64,000 nt of DNA from Ptychomitrium polyphyllum (taxonomy: Eukaryota): assembly GCA_973851085.1 (NCBI GenBank), contig OZ316775.1, forward strand, positions 12,090,001 through 12,154,000, given 5' to 3'. Both the position numbers and the translations under genes were made by a program. The first letter of the stretch is position 1; every line of letters begins with the position of its first letter. The notes under the pieces are model-generated. The model saw only the letters and a program-made list of their open reading frames with translations. It was not told the origin of the DNA and did not search any database. Below are positions 1 to 11,997 of this stretch, in pieces.

Positions 1-1942
1 GGGGTAGTCGCTTACCATAGTGGGCAAGCAGATTCAGCAAGGACGTCGTTTCTCTCGGCTAAAGAGAAGTTCGAGCAGGTGCATACCTCAGGACTGTAGC
101 ACTCAGGATTATACACTCTGCACCCGTATTTTATTTTTATGTACCAACTTGAATATTGATACTTTGGATCGGACGCAGTTGCAACTCTCTGATGAACAAG
201 TGGCAGCCCTCGCTCAAATGGGCTTCTCAATGAAGGAGGCCCGCAGGTCATTACGAGTATCAGGTAAAGATGCATCACGTGCTGTTGAGTTTGTAATGAA
301 TGAGCGGGCCAAGGCGCAGGAGAAGGCAGAGGAGGACAATCGTCGACAAGAGGAACGCAGGTCGGTAATTTCAAGCAACTCCTGGATTCTATGATATCTA
401 GATTGTATGGTTCAGCTTGAGAATACTGATATGAAATATGCTACTGCAGGTTTGAGATCATTTTCAACGTTATTTTCTAATTTTATCCTTGTCTATTGGT
501 CCCCGCAGAGAACAGAAGAAGTACGGAAAGACTGTTGGGGGTAAGGCAGTCGACATAACAAAGTTGAACGAGCTGGCGTCCATGGGGTAAGCTTCTGTCC
601 ATGATAGTGTGTAACGTATTTCATAGGGAATCAAGATTTGTCAGGATAGTATGATCTGTTATGTTTCTTTTGTTTCTTGGATAGTGATCAGTGAGTGCCA
701 GCGTAAATCATGTATGTCATAATCAAGGGCACTGACATAATGGTCAAGTGCTTTTGGTAATCTACTGACTCAATCAGGTACATGACAGGATGGATGAGTG
801 GGCATGACAGGTATAAGCGGCGCATAGTTGCAGAGGCTTTAAAGCAGAGTGAAAATAACAGGGAATTGGCTCTGGAAATGTTAATGAATCCAACAGCCTA
901 TTCCACTCTTCAGGTATATACTATTTTTCTTGCCTTCTTGCTAAAATCGATTTGATACTCCTAGAAGGAATCACTGTTATCGGTTGTTGTTTGAGTTATT
1001 GGTATTTCAGCCTTCTGTAACTCGCGAATCTGCAAGTTCTGAGCTCGTTTTCCTCAATTTCCAAGCTATCTGAGCAAGAGAAAATTCATAGCAATGCCAT
1101 ATGTCGTTTGGGGTCAACTAGTATGCACTTGGGGTTTGACTATTTCAAAGTTCTTTGACGGGAGTAACGCTGTGATTTATCTTCTGGCCTTATGTTTTAG
1201 CACGATTGACAATACATATGTGATTTTTCCCTGTAAATTTGCAGGCGTGCTTGGGAGAGAGAAAGTCTCGAGGTCCTGTAGACAGTATAGCGCTTGCAGA
1301 GTTGATGTCGATGGGCTTCAGCAAAGACAAAGGTGCATATTAAAACCACCCAGTTGTAGCTTTTTCTCTAAATTACACCTTGTTACTATACTAGTAATTT
1401 TGTCAGAATCTAACCACTGACACGTCATTGCACACCTCCTGTGGGACTACTGTCTTATGAATGCGTATGGTTCATATGTAATTATTCGTTTGATTAGAAC
1501 CCCTCCGTGCATTACACTATCTTCCTACAAAAGAAGCCAAGTTTTTTACTTGTGGTATGTTTAATCATTCCTCAATTTGGTTTTGATAACGAATTACAAT
1601 TTTGCAGCAAAGAAGGCATTAAAAGGATCCAAAGACACTGCACAAGCGCTTGAGAGATTAATTCAAGGTCTGGAAGACTCTCCCACTAGTGAAGATTCAG
1701 AACAGCTTCCTAGTACTTCAGACACCGAAGTTGCAGCTGCAAATCCAAGCAATGTATCTCTGCCTGAGAGTCCCGGGTCGATGGATCTCGACCCTCGGGA
1801 CGAAGAGATGGAGGAGGAGATTGCGCGAGACATAACTGGGGATCCTTATGCGGAGTACGATATTGAGGTGAGCAAAGAAGGCGACGCTATCTCTGAGTAC
1901 CTTGGGTTGCTGAACAGCAGCTGCCCAGAATCTACGGTATGA
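1..1942 (+). CDS. NUB1: NEDD8 ultimate buster 1-like protein (C-terminal UBA domains), 5'-truncated by the window edge
   Basis: Phase-consistent GT-AG exons <1-78, 179-360, 509-586, 811-913, 1245-1332, 1608-1942(TGA). They give GVVAYHSGQ..., three UBA-like units (LAQMGFSMKEARRSL, LASMGYKRRIVAEAL, LMSMGFSKDKAKKAL) and the C-terminus RDEEMEEEIARDITGDPYAEYDIEVSKEGDAISEYL, which I recognise as plant NUB1. Confidence 0.85.
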
Positions 1943-4900
1943 ATCGTGCAGCTTCTGAAGTATTCTGGAAAATATTCGATACATTGGGATCAATACGGTG
2001 TTTCAGAAGAACCATGATTTTACATATATAGTACTCTGTAAAGACATCAATGTAGTAGAATCTGAAATAACATTAACATAATCAACGTTTTGTCTTGGCT
2101 AAAGAGGTCGCTAATCAATGATTTAGCGACTCCTGGTTGAGATTGACTAATATTTATAGCGACAGTGTAAACTTAATCTGGTATATAAACAGTTTTGGTT
2201 GTCAGTGCTATATTATCAATCCCGACTTAGCCTTTTCTCAGGACAGATGATGGGCCTGTGTTTAGTACTCTGTCGGCTACCATCCGGATCAATGTGAAAT
2301 GTTCTGAGCAATTGTAAATGATTTCAATTGAGGACTTCAATTATCAGTAACGGAGCATATTAGCCTTTAAATATATCATACTGATTGTTAGCTTTCATTG
2401 TGACAATGTGACTCTTACAAGTTTTGGATGTGACATCGGAGGCATTTACTTGAAATATTTTATATGCAACAGTAGATTGACCCACTTGTGCAGGAAGGAC
2501 AAGGTAGTTTTGCTCTAGTAGTACTGAAGCCTTTTGGAATGTGTATCAATTACCAGGCTACTTTGGGGAGGAGTATGGATGGATGTTCTGCTTTCCTTGA
2601 GAGTGCGTTTACATGACCAGTTAGAAAGGGGCCTAGAGAGTAAATGATGCCTCCCATGCATATCAAGCTCCTATGTTCTCTAGTCTGCACATTCAGGATT
2701 CTCTCATAAGTATATAGTACCTGATTCGGTCCAAAAGTTGCCAATCAGATCTCGTTTCATTAGACTTTAGACCAAACCTGTGCAGTGATTGATTGATGGT
2801 CATTTTCAACATTACATCAATTTGTACCAAAAAAGGATACTTCATACACTTACTACGGCTACTAGACTATTGTAGGCGGCACACCCTTTTAGTTTGGACA
2901 ATCTATCAAGTTGAGGATTAAAAAGTTTCTAAGTCATTAAGAATATGAATGAAAATGTGATAAGAATTGGCTTGGAATCTAATACCAAAAAACTTTTGTA
3001 TGAAAGTGACTATGATGTAAATAATTGATCTTTATAAAGACTAAGTTATTAAAACTGTTGCCAAATAACATGTACAAATTGCATCAATGAGTAGTAAATG
3101 CTTCATATAATGAATGATATATAGGTCATGAGTGAATAGGTAAACCATATTTTATTTTGTAATAATAGTTTTATATAATACTCTAATTCAAGATTGATTT
3201 AAATTAAAATTTTGGGTAGTTGTAATGTTAAATTTACAAAGGATTTATAGTCCAAGAATTCACAAGTAAGAAATTTTTTAATTTCCAAAATAAACTTTTA
3301 TTTTGAGTCGTGTATCTATAGAATCTTTGATTTAAATCTTGCTTCTTTATTTAATTTTTCTCTTTCTTCATTATATACCATAGTTTTAAGACTTTTTATT
3401 TTTGATATTTACAAATAAGTCAAAATTAAAGAATATTTAGAACCTTAGAAGATGTTTTTGCCTTATTGATTATATGTAAATTCTTATAATATTTTGGTTG
3501 TAAATAAGTTAAATAAGTATTAAAAAATTTAAATTCCTTTCAAAGTTTTATCAAGACATAATAATAAGTTTATGCTAATATGTACAATAATAAAATCTAC
3601 ATATTGCATTGAGAATATTTAAATATTTTTAAACAAATACATAATTTTATAGTATCAAAATATAGACAAAAATACCCTTGTATTAGATGCCATGTAGAAA
3701 ATCAAAAGAAATTCATATATTAATGATTTGCCAATATGGCTAGGTATTTTTAATTTCTGGTATAATAATTTGAAGATGAGTATTAAGGACACAAAAAATA
3801 AAGAAATAGACAAAAAACGGGTTTAAACATTAGCCTATAAGTAACTTTTGACGTAAGAGAATTGGTACAAGAACTAAAAATAAGGTAATATTTTGAATAT
3901 ACTTTACAATGTGTGTTGACAAGAGTAAAATATATCTTATCTTATTTTTTATTTATTCATAAAGCTTATGCATTTTAAGATACTTCTAAAGAAGCTTTTT
4001 ATAAGCTGTAGAATGGTTTGGAGGTGTATAAAATCTTCTTAAGAAGTATTCAAACAAAGGTGGAAGGTTAGACAAACTAATGAAAAGTTGTGGAAGCTAT
4101 TGGAAGTTGTTGGATGCCAGTGAAAGCTACTGAGAGCTATTAGAAATTACTATAAGCTGATAGAAGGTTTTAAAGAGTGTCTTGTATGATGTATGTTTAT
4201 AAGAGTGAGTATATTAAAAGTGAGGGAGTGTAGTTAGTTTACAAATAGAAGAAGTCTTATAGCAACCACCCTATAAAGGCTAGATTTGCATTAGAAAGCT
4301 TTAATTCATTATTGAAGGAATCACTTCAAACTCCATTTTTGTAATATTCTTTAATTTTTTTGCAAAATTTTAGACATTCTAATACTATAAATGGAAAATA
4401 ATTTAAAGAAATTTATAAAAGGCTTAACTCCAAAAACGTTGGAAATAAGAACTAAGATTAAGAAGAAGGTAGAATGAGAAGGCAGATGGAAACAAAAAGA
4501 GGGATTTTAGCCTCTATGACACACAATGAAAAAGACTCATGACTTCATAACATATTTGAACAATGGAAATGATTTTCTTTTTTGAGTAGATCTCATTAAA
4601 ATTTCTCTTTAAATTAAGATTTTTAATCCATAAAAACTTTTAAAATGTTATATTAGGTCTTAGGTTTAGGACCTCAAGACTAAAGTCCATCAAAACAACT
4701 AATTCACATTTGGATAAGTAATCAAAATTTTATTTTAAAAAATTGATTCCTAATCTAACTCCCAAACATTGCTCACATCAGAGTATTGTATTTGTTTTAA
4801 TTATTCTTTCATCAATCATCAGTTTACAACCTTCAAGCTTTTTAGAACTTTTCTACATATTGTGTGAGACAATCGTCAAAGAATCGTTCGGAGAAAGTTT

Positions 4901-4959
4901 AAAAGGTTTGTTGGACTAATTTAGATTATGTTCGACCAGCAGTTGCCAGCGGGTCACTC

Positions 4960-5185
4960 CAGTCACATGCCCGTGCATGCACCGTCACATCATAGACGTG
5001 GTCAACACCATCTGACACATCACCAATGTCAACTCACCGAAATCCAACACCAAAAGAAGTTAAATTCCTGTCTACAGTGAGAAACGTGGGAATCTGCGCC
5101 CGCGGGCCCTCGCAAGCAGCCGCGTTCAAGGACAACCATTCGAGTGCGAAACTTGAAAGGAATCATCACAAGTATATTTATACTT
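4960..5185 (+). promoter_or_regulatory. Putative lipoxygenase promoter with RY and ABRE-like motifs
   Basis: CATGCA at 4976-4981, ACGTGG at 4996-5001 and 5084-5089, and TATA-like TATATTTATA near 5173, located at the transition from AT-rich spacer to gene island. Short motifs only. Confidence 0.3.
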
Positions 5186-5972
5186 ATACACACTGATCCC
5201 ATATCCCCACTCGGTGCACTTTGTGTGCCAGTTCTCACTGTGTTGGATCCGAAGCACAACTATATCGCATGCAGCTAAAACCTTCACGCGCTGCTGAAAC
5301 CTTCACTTTCACACCTTGTTTAGCTGTTTCCTGGGAGCAAGTTGGTTGGATTCTACGTGGGAACTGTGCATGCAGCGGACTTGTTGACTTCTTTCTCCGA
5401 TGTCGGTTTAGTTATGGTTTTGGGTGGAGTGTCTGTATGTACCGAGACGTTTGCCTTGCATCGTAGGGTCGGACAACGATTGGTGGGCGAACAATGATAG
5501 GCTGATAGCCCGAATGATAAAGGAGGTCGTTGGGATAGAAGTGGAGACCATTTACTGAAGCGGTTGATGGTAGGTGTCTGATGAAGGGATCGTTAGAGAA
5601 TGCTTGAGTCGTTTTGCTTCAGCTGAAAAGGATGATTCAGAAGAAGCTGTCACTGGTTGATTGTTAAACTCCAATTTCCTTGGTGGTACGGGTTTTGGAG
5701 CTTCAAAGCGCTCCAGTACCCGCCGTCACTTTCCGGGGTCGTTACGGTGTCGTAGTTTGCATTGGTAGTCGCTGCGATGATTCAGTGTGAAGAGAAAACA
5801 TATTTTTAACTGACGAGTGATTCCGTGCAGAGAATGGCGGTTCTGACGGAGGAGTGAGTGTTTTTAATGAGAGTAGTCTAACCTGGTGCGGTCGCAAGCA
5901 TTCCAAAGTTCAATTTCTGAGCTTCTGTTTAGAACCTCGATTACGGCTCCACTTGAGGGATCGGTGTAGGCT

Positions 5973-8900
5973 ATGGCGCAAGTTGTGGTGTCAGGCTCAA
6001 CCGTAACGGTTCGAAAAAAACGGGACAGGGGTTCTCGTTCGCTGAAGGAAGGTGTGTTTGGGCTTCCACTGGTAGTCTCGGTGTCAAATTTCGGAAGACG
6101 CCATCGCTGTCGAAGCATTGTTGTGAGCCGGGTGGTAGACACAGCCTCCACCACCAGGACAGCCAATGGAAGCGTTAAGTCGGAGGCCGCCGTGCGAGAC
6201 GTCATAACCAGGCCGATGGTTGTCGTGCCGCCGTCTAACGCAGGATTAATGTCTGTAGGAGCGGTGATTACCATCGTCCGAAAGCAGCGTCTCAGTCGCG
6301 ACGAGCAGATGACAAACGCAGTGGATGTATTTTCCGATTTGACGGGAAGCAAGATTTTCCTCCAACTCGTCAGTGCCGAAGCCGATGCAGGTTGCAGTTC
6401 TAATCTTGTGTTGGAGCTTCTTGTTTTAAGGACTGGTTTTCAGGCAATTAATGAGGTGCCTGACTGGTTTTGCTGAGTTGGTGTTGACAGCTACCGGAGT
6501 CGGCAAGAGAAGCAAGGAGTCGTTCATCAACAATTGGGCACAGAAGGCAACGGTGCAAGCTGACAAGGTGCAGTACACAGCGGAGTTCAGCATCAACAGA
6601 GAATTCGGGGATCCTGGAGCCATTCTGATTCGCAACACGCACCAAGCTGAGTTATACTTAGAATCCATTGCCTTGCAGAGGCCATCAGGGACGATTTATT
6701 TCCCCTGCCACTCATACATTGCGGCCTCCAATCAGGATCCTAAACCCCGCGTCTTCTTCAGCAATAAGGTACGCAAATTCTGGCTTGCTGATTGTATTTT
6801 ATCTAGAGAGTAATAGAGTTGGCCACGGCGACCGTGACGATTCACAACCGTGACTTGCTCTGTTGAGTCAGGCGTACATGCCGTGGGAGACCCCAGCTGG
6901 ACTGAAGGACTTGCGAAAGCAGGAGCTGATCATGTTGCGAGGGAATGGGAAAGGCGAGCGCAAAAGCTGGGACCGCATCTACGATTACGCTGTGTACAAC
7001 GACCTTGGAGATCCTGACAAGAAATTTGACTTAAACCGGCCAATTCTCGGGGGCAAGGAGTTTCCATACCCTCGCCGCATTCGCACCGGCCGCAATCCTT
7101 GCAAATCTGGTATTTCCTCTTCAACCTTCAATTCCATGAGCAAACCTTTCTAAGTCGATGCCAGGGACAGATACTGAGGGAGAGAGTAATCAGATGATCT
7201 GGTTTTGCAGACCCGACAATAGAAGCGAAGATCGAGAAAGGGGAAGCGTTTTACGTGCCTCGTGATGAGTCTTACGAGCCCATCAAGCAAACCAACTTTG
7301 CTGCGAATCAATTGCGCAGTCTGGTGCACAAAGTGGTGCCGGCAATCAGGGATTACTTCGATGCGACGCCAGGGGAATTTGATTCTTTTAGGGATATCGA
7401 GCAGTTGTATCAAGAAGGCCTAGAAATGGGAAACGATGCTGGCGAGACTTCTATCCCCGATTTCGTCAAGGGGCTTGGAAATGAGCCGGAGGAAACTACA
7501 GACCAAACACGGGAGCGGAATCATTTTCTCGATGGCCTTCCCATCCCTGACTACTACAGAGAAATGGTGCGCTCGACCTCGACCGCGACCCCGACCCCGA
7601 CCAGTCTTTTCAAGTATCCTCTCCCCAGGATTCTTTCTAAGGATAGGTTTGCTTGGATGCGTGATGACGAATTCGCTCGCCAAGCTCTGGCTGGTGTAAA
7701 TCCCCTTGTGATTTCGTGTGTTGAGGTGAGCTGATACTGTGCAACTCTAATCTAGAATGTCAGAAAGGTTGCTCTTGTTTTAGCGGTGATCTGTAGAGAC
7801 CAGTATTCAAATGTCGCAGGATTTTTTACATTGCAGGATTTTCCACTTCGAAGCGCACTTAGTCCTGAGGAGTATGGGCCACAGGAGTCCGCTATCAAAC
7901 CTGAACACATTGAGAGTCTGCTGGAAGGTCTCACAGTTGCTCAGGTACATTTTCCAAACACATTACGAGGTAGAGAGATTCAGGAGACTTATGAGGTTTG
8001 TGTTTCATTTCTTTTCGAAGTAAGTCTATTGAAAATAAACCTCTGGGTTTGTGCATTGAATTAGGCTGTGGAGGCGAAGAGGCTCTTCATCGTGGACTAC
8101 CATGACATATTCATGCCTTTTGTGAAGAGGATCAACGAACTAGAGGGCCGAAAAATTTATGCGACGCGCACCTTGTTTTTCTTACACCACGACGGCGTTC
8201 TAAAGCCCGTTGCTATAGAGCTTAGTCTGCCGCCTCCTGCTCCTGGGGCAATTGGAAGCAAACGTGTATTCACTCCGGGAAATGAGGCCACCAGTTTCTG
8301 GCTCTGGCAGCTGGCGAAACTGCACTACTGCGCAGCTGATTCTGGCTACCATCAACTCGTCAGTCACTGGTAAGTTGCTGCTCTTGTCATTCCACATTGT
8401 TGGTTCGTTGTCCTCCAGCGCAACAATTTGCAGCTGCACAATGTGGAACTTAGTAACAGCCTGTTGGAAATGTATGCTTGACAGGCTGCGGTCACATGCA
8501 TCCACAGAGCCCTACATCATTGCAACGTACAGGCAGTTAAGCGCCCTGCATCCGATCGCCAAGCTCCTCCACCCGCATCTTCGATACACTATGGAAATCA
8601 ACGCAGCCGCAAGACAGAACCTAATTAATGCTGGTGGAGTAATCGAGAATACCTTCACACCGGGAAGATACGCTATGGAGATGAGCTCTGCTGTCTATGA
8701 TCTTTCGTGGCGGTTTGACAAAGAGTCTTTGCCTGAGGACCTTATCCGCAGGTGCCCACTAGATCTCAGCTAGTTTGAAAACTGGAAAGCATACTGGCAA
8801 ACATGTGGTGACCCTAAATTGCTCCTCATCTTTTCGAATTGCAGCAATATGGACCCTCACGGAGAGAAAATTCTCATGTGAACTCGTTTCTCGCTACTTA

Positions 8901-9683
8901 CCCTCGGTTTTTCCCTTCCTTTGCAGGGGAATGGCTGTGCGAGATGACAATGCTCCCCTTGGTCTTCGTCTTCGGATCGAAGACTATCCTTACGCCGCGG
9001 ACGGGCTTCTCGTCTGGGACAGCATAGAGCAATGGGTCCGCAACTACGTCTCTCTGTATTACCCCGACTCGCAAACCGTCCTTCTAGACGTTGAGCTTCA
9101 GCAATGGTGGACAGAGATCCGCATGAAAGGGCACCCGGACAAGAAAGACGAGCTATGGTGGCCAAAACTCAACTCCCCACAGAGCTTGGTCAAGATTTTG
9201 AGCACCATGATTTGGATCGCCTCGGGGCATCATGCAGCTGTGAACTTCGGCCAGTATGACTACTCGGGCTTTGTTCCAAACCAACCGTGTTTAGCCCGGC
9301 GGCTTATACCGGAACCAGGCGACCCTGAGTTTAACAGATTACTTCGAAATCCCCTCAAAGTTATGCTGGAGACCTTACCCGGTCAAGAACAAGCGACCGT
9401 GTTGATGATGGTGGTGGAGCAGCTCTCCACGCACTCTCCTGACGAGGAGTACCTCGGGTACAACGGGATGCACACAAACTGGACAAGCGATGCTAGGGCT
9501 GTAAAAGCCTTCAAGGCTTTCTCGGCGCGTCTGGCTGAAGTGGACAAGAAGATTCATGAGACGAACGGGGATCTGATGCTCAAGCATCGAACTGGCGCTG
9601 GCACGCTGCCATACCAACTTCTACTGCAAAGGTCTGGTGCCGGAATCACCATGCGAGGAATTCCGAACAGCATCTCAATCTAG
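5973..9683 (+). CDS. LOX: Lipoxygenase, plastid-type (type II, probable 13S-LOX)
   Basis: Exons 5973-6390, 6491-6768, 6872-7109, 7211-7725, 7837-7944, 8065-8369, 8485-8751, 8927-9683(TAG), all GT-AG and in phase. Ser/Arg-rich N-terminal extension, PLAT domain ([11 protein letters not shown]), [30 protein letters not shown], iron ligands HQLVSHWLRSH and HHAAVN, and C-terminal IPNSISI. Confidence 0.97.
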
Positions 9684-10782
9684 TTTTCTACATCGACACC
9701 ACTGTTGTATAGAGCCAGCTCCTCAAGATCATACTCACGGCATCGATTGGAATGCGTTGTAAAGAATCCAGTATTTATTTGAAGACAGGTCTGTAGTTTA
9801 ATTTCCTATCAGGCAGAGCGACTAAATGATCGTTCCTAAATGCGTGCACTTGTACCCTGACGTTGTAGCTTGTGTATTATTTTGAAGAATGGAACAATGT
9901 ATCTCACTACTCAATCCAACAATTACACCTCTGTAACATATGAATGCCGGCTCTCGCACTGTCACAGCAGATATGGCGATGTGAGGTTCTGTGTTGAAAT
10001 GCCGGATTACGTCGCAACATAATGCGAAGGTTTAAAGAGAAATAGCGAGGTTTTCCTTCCATGGAAAGGTCCATGTCGAACCAGAAATGGTTCTTAATCC
10101 TTTACAAATCACCAGCACGATCTGGTCGATCCGTACACAAATATTTCCTGCCGCGGATTTCACCTCTGGGGAGTAGCAGCGATGACCTTGATTGTGCAAT
10201 TAATGCCAAAAAGAAGTGCAAACTTGAGTAATATGATGGCATATGCTGAGCAGACTCGACACTCCCATAATCTGGTGGACGTTGCTTTTCGCATCTCGTT
10301 GCTGGTCTACCTTCACTGCCATGATGTTTTCTCCTCCCATGGCAGTCTTGCATCTTAAAGACATGGACGAAAACATCTCCACGTTACTTTTTCATGTAGA
10401 GACATCAACTAATAATGAAATCAGATTAAAATGTTCGAAAGTCCACGGCTAAGTTCTTCCACTGAGCGATGCTGGTCCTTGCTTACTGATGGCACCTATT
10501 CATAGACAGAGAATAGGCTCGTTGTGATAGCCGGTATCACTTAGTTGTAAAATCTTGTTGAGGAAAGCTACATACAAAAACAAAATCAAATAAATTAGTC
10601 ATCGCATTCTGATCTTACCTGTTGGCAATCAGAGATTCTTCACCAATGTGATGACAAGGGTTTTCCTATTGCAGGAATATGTATAAATCCCAGTGATCTC
10701 CAGGACTGGCAAATGGTAAGGGAATCCCGTCAACACTAACTGAAAACTTCAAGAAACCACAGCACGTGAGTAAGCGAGCAAC

Positions 10783-11997
10783 ATGGATTACTACACATGG
10801 AATCCAGGCCCGGGGACATATAAACCGAAGATTACAGAAACAACAAGACGAGGAGCAATCTACTCTCTTGGCATCAAGTTAAAGGGCAAGGAGGGCGACA
10901 ACCTGCCAGGCCCTGGCACATACAACCCCGGCATCAAACTCACCATGGGCCGAGAACCGGCATTCTCCATCCAGGGGCGAAATGACGCAACGCTAGTCGA
11001 CGGCAAGCCTAGCGCAGCAACCTACAATCCCAGCATAAAACTCACAATGCGCGAAGAGCCGCAATTCACCCTCGGACCCAAGATCGACACATCCTTCGAG
11101 ACCAGCAACCCTGGCCCTGGAACTTACGAACCTCAAAGAGTTGGCCAGAAACCCGCCTTCACCCTCGGCAAACGATTCCAAGCTGAACTCGACCAAAAAT
11201 TTCCCGGACCTGGAAACTACCAGCGGCCGTATATGAATTGGTACAAGCCTGGCTTTACCCTCGGCAAGCGCTTCCCTGCGTTGCCGATGGACCAAAACCC
11301 AGCGCCCGGGACATACAATCCTCGCATCCCGAAAGTTGTGTGGCGGAAAGATGGCTTCACCCTCGGCAAGCGACTGCCGACCGACGACGATCTCGGGTAC
11401 CCGGGTCCCGGAAACTACAACGATAATTACCGTGGCAAGCCCAAAGCGTACACCATCGCCACCCGGTTCGTGGCCAAGCGTGAAGCTGTCTACCCAGGCG
11501 CAGGGGAGTACAGCCCCATTTTCGTACGCGGCCCACCAGGATTCTCCTTGGCGGCTCGCACCGACATTGAGATCGATCACGGATACCCAGGTCCCGCAAC
11601 TTACAGCCCTAAGATTTCCAAGCGCCCGGGGTATACCATCGCTGCCAAAATTCCTGCCCCACCTGCGTACAACATCCCTGGGCCGGCAAACAACTTCAAC
11701 CCGAAGCTGGACAAGTGGAATGGCCCAGCTTACAGCTTGGCGTCGCGCGGGAGTGGCGATCCGAAGAATGAGAATCCTGGCCCAGGGACTTATGGATCTC
11801 CTCCTGTAAAGGGAAAGGGGTGCGTGATCGCCACGAAGCTTGAGGATTCTGACTGGAAGAATGTTCCTGGTCCGGGGCGGTATAATCTGCGTGGTTTGCC
11901 GACTGATGGACTTGCTTACAGTATTGCCACTCGATTTACTCAAAAACCGCGCCCCGGCGAGAAGGGGTACATCGAGCCCCCGCCTAAGAGATTTTGA
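10783..11997 (+). CDS. Sperm-tail PG-rich repeat protein (SHIPPO/ODF3/CIMAP1-like axonemal protein)
   Basis: Uninterrupted 404-aa ORF with about 12 repeats of P-G-P-G-x-Y, each followed by a F/Y-T/S-L/I-G/A-x-K/R motif, the hallmark of SHIPPO repeats. Confidence 0.85.
   Translation: MDYYTWNPGPGTYKPKITETTRRGAIYSLGIKLKGKEGDNLPGPGTYNPGIKLTMGREPAFSIQGRNDATLVDGKPSAATYNPSIKLTMREEPQFTLGPKIDTSFETSNPGPGTYEPQRVGQKPAFTLGKRFQAELDQKFPGPGNYQRPYMNWYKPGFTLGKRFPALPMDQNPAPGTYNPRIPKVVWRKDGFTLGKRLPTDDDLGYPGPGNYNDNYRGKPKAYTIATRFVAKREAVYPGAGEYSPIFVRGPPGFSLAARTDIEIDHGYPGPATYSPKISKRPGYTIAAKIPAPPAYNIPGPANNFNPKLDKWNGPAYSLASRGSGDPKNENPGPGTYGSPPVKGKGCVIATKLEDSDWKNVPGPGRYNLRGLPTDGLAYSIATRFTQKPRPGEKGYIEPPPKRF

Noticed and set aside
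5864..6352. 162-aa minus-strand ORF
   Set aside because: It is the antisense shadow of LOX exon 1.
10993..11943. 316-aa antisense ORF
   Set aside because: It is the mirror of the GC-rich repetitive SHIPPO CDS, has no ATG start, and shows no recognisable motifs.
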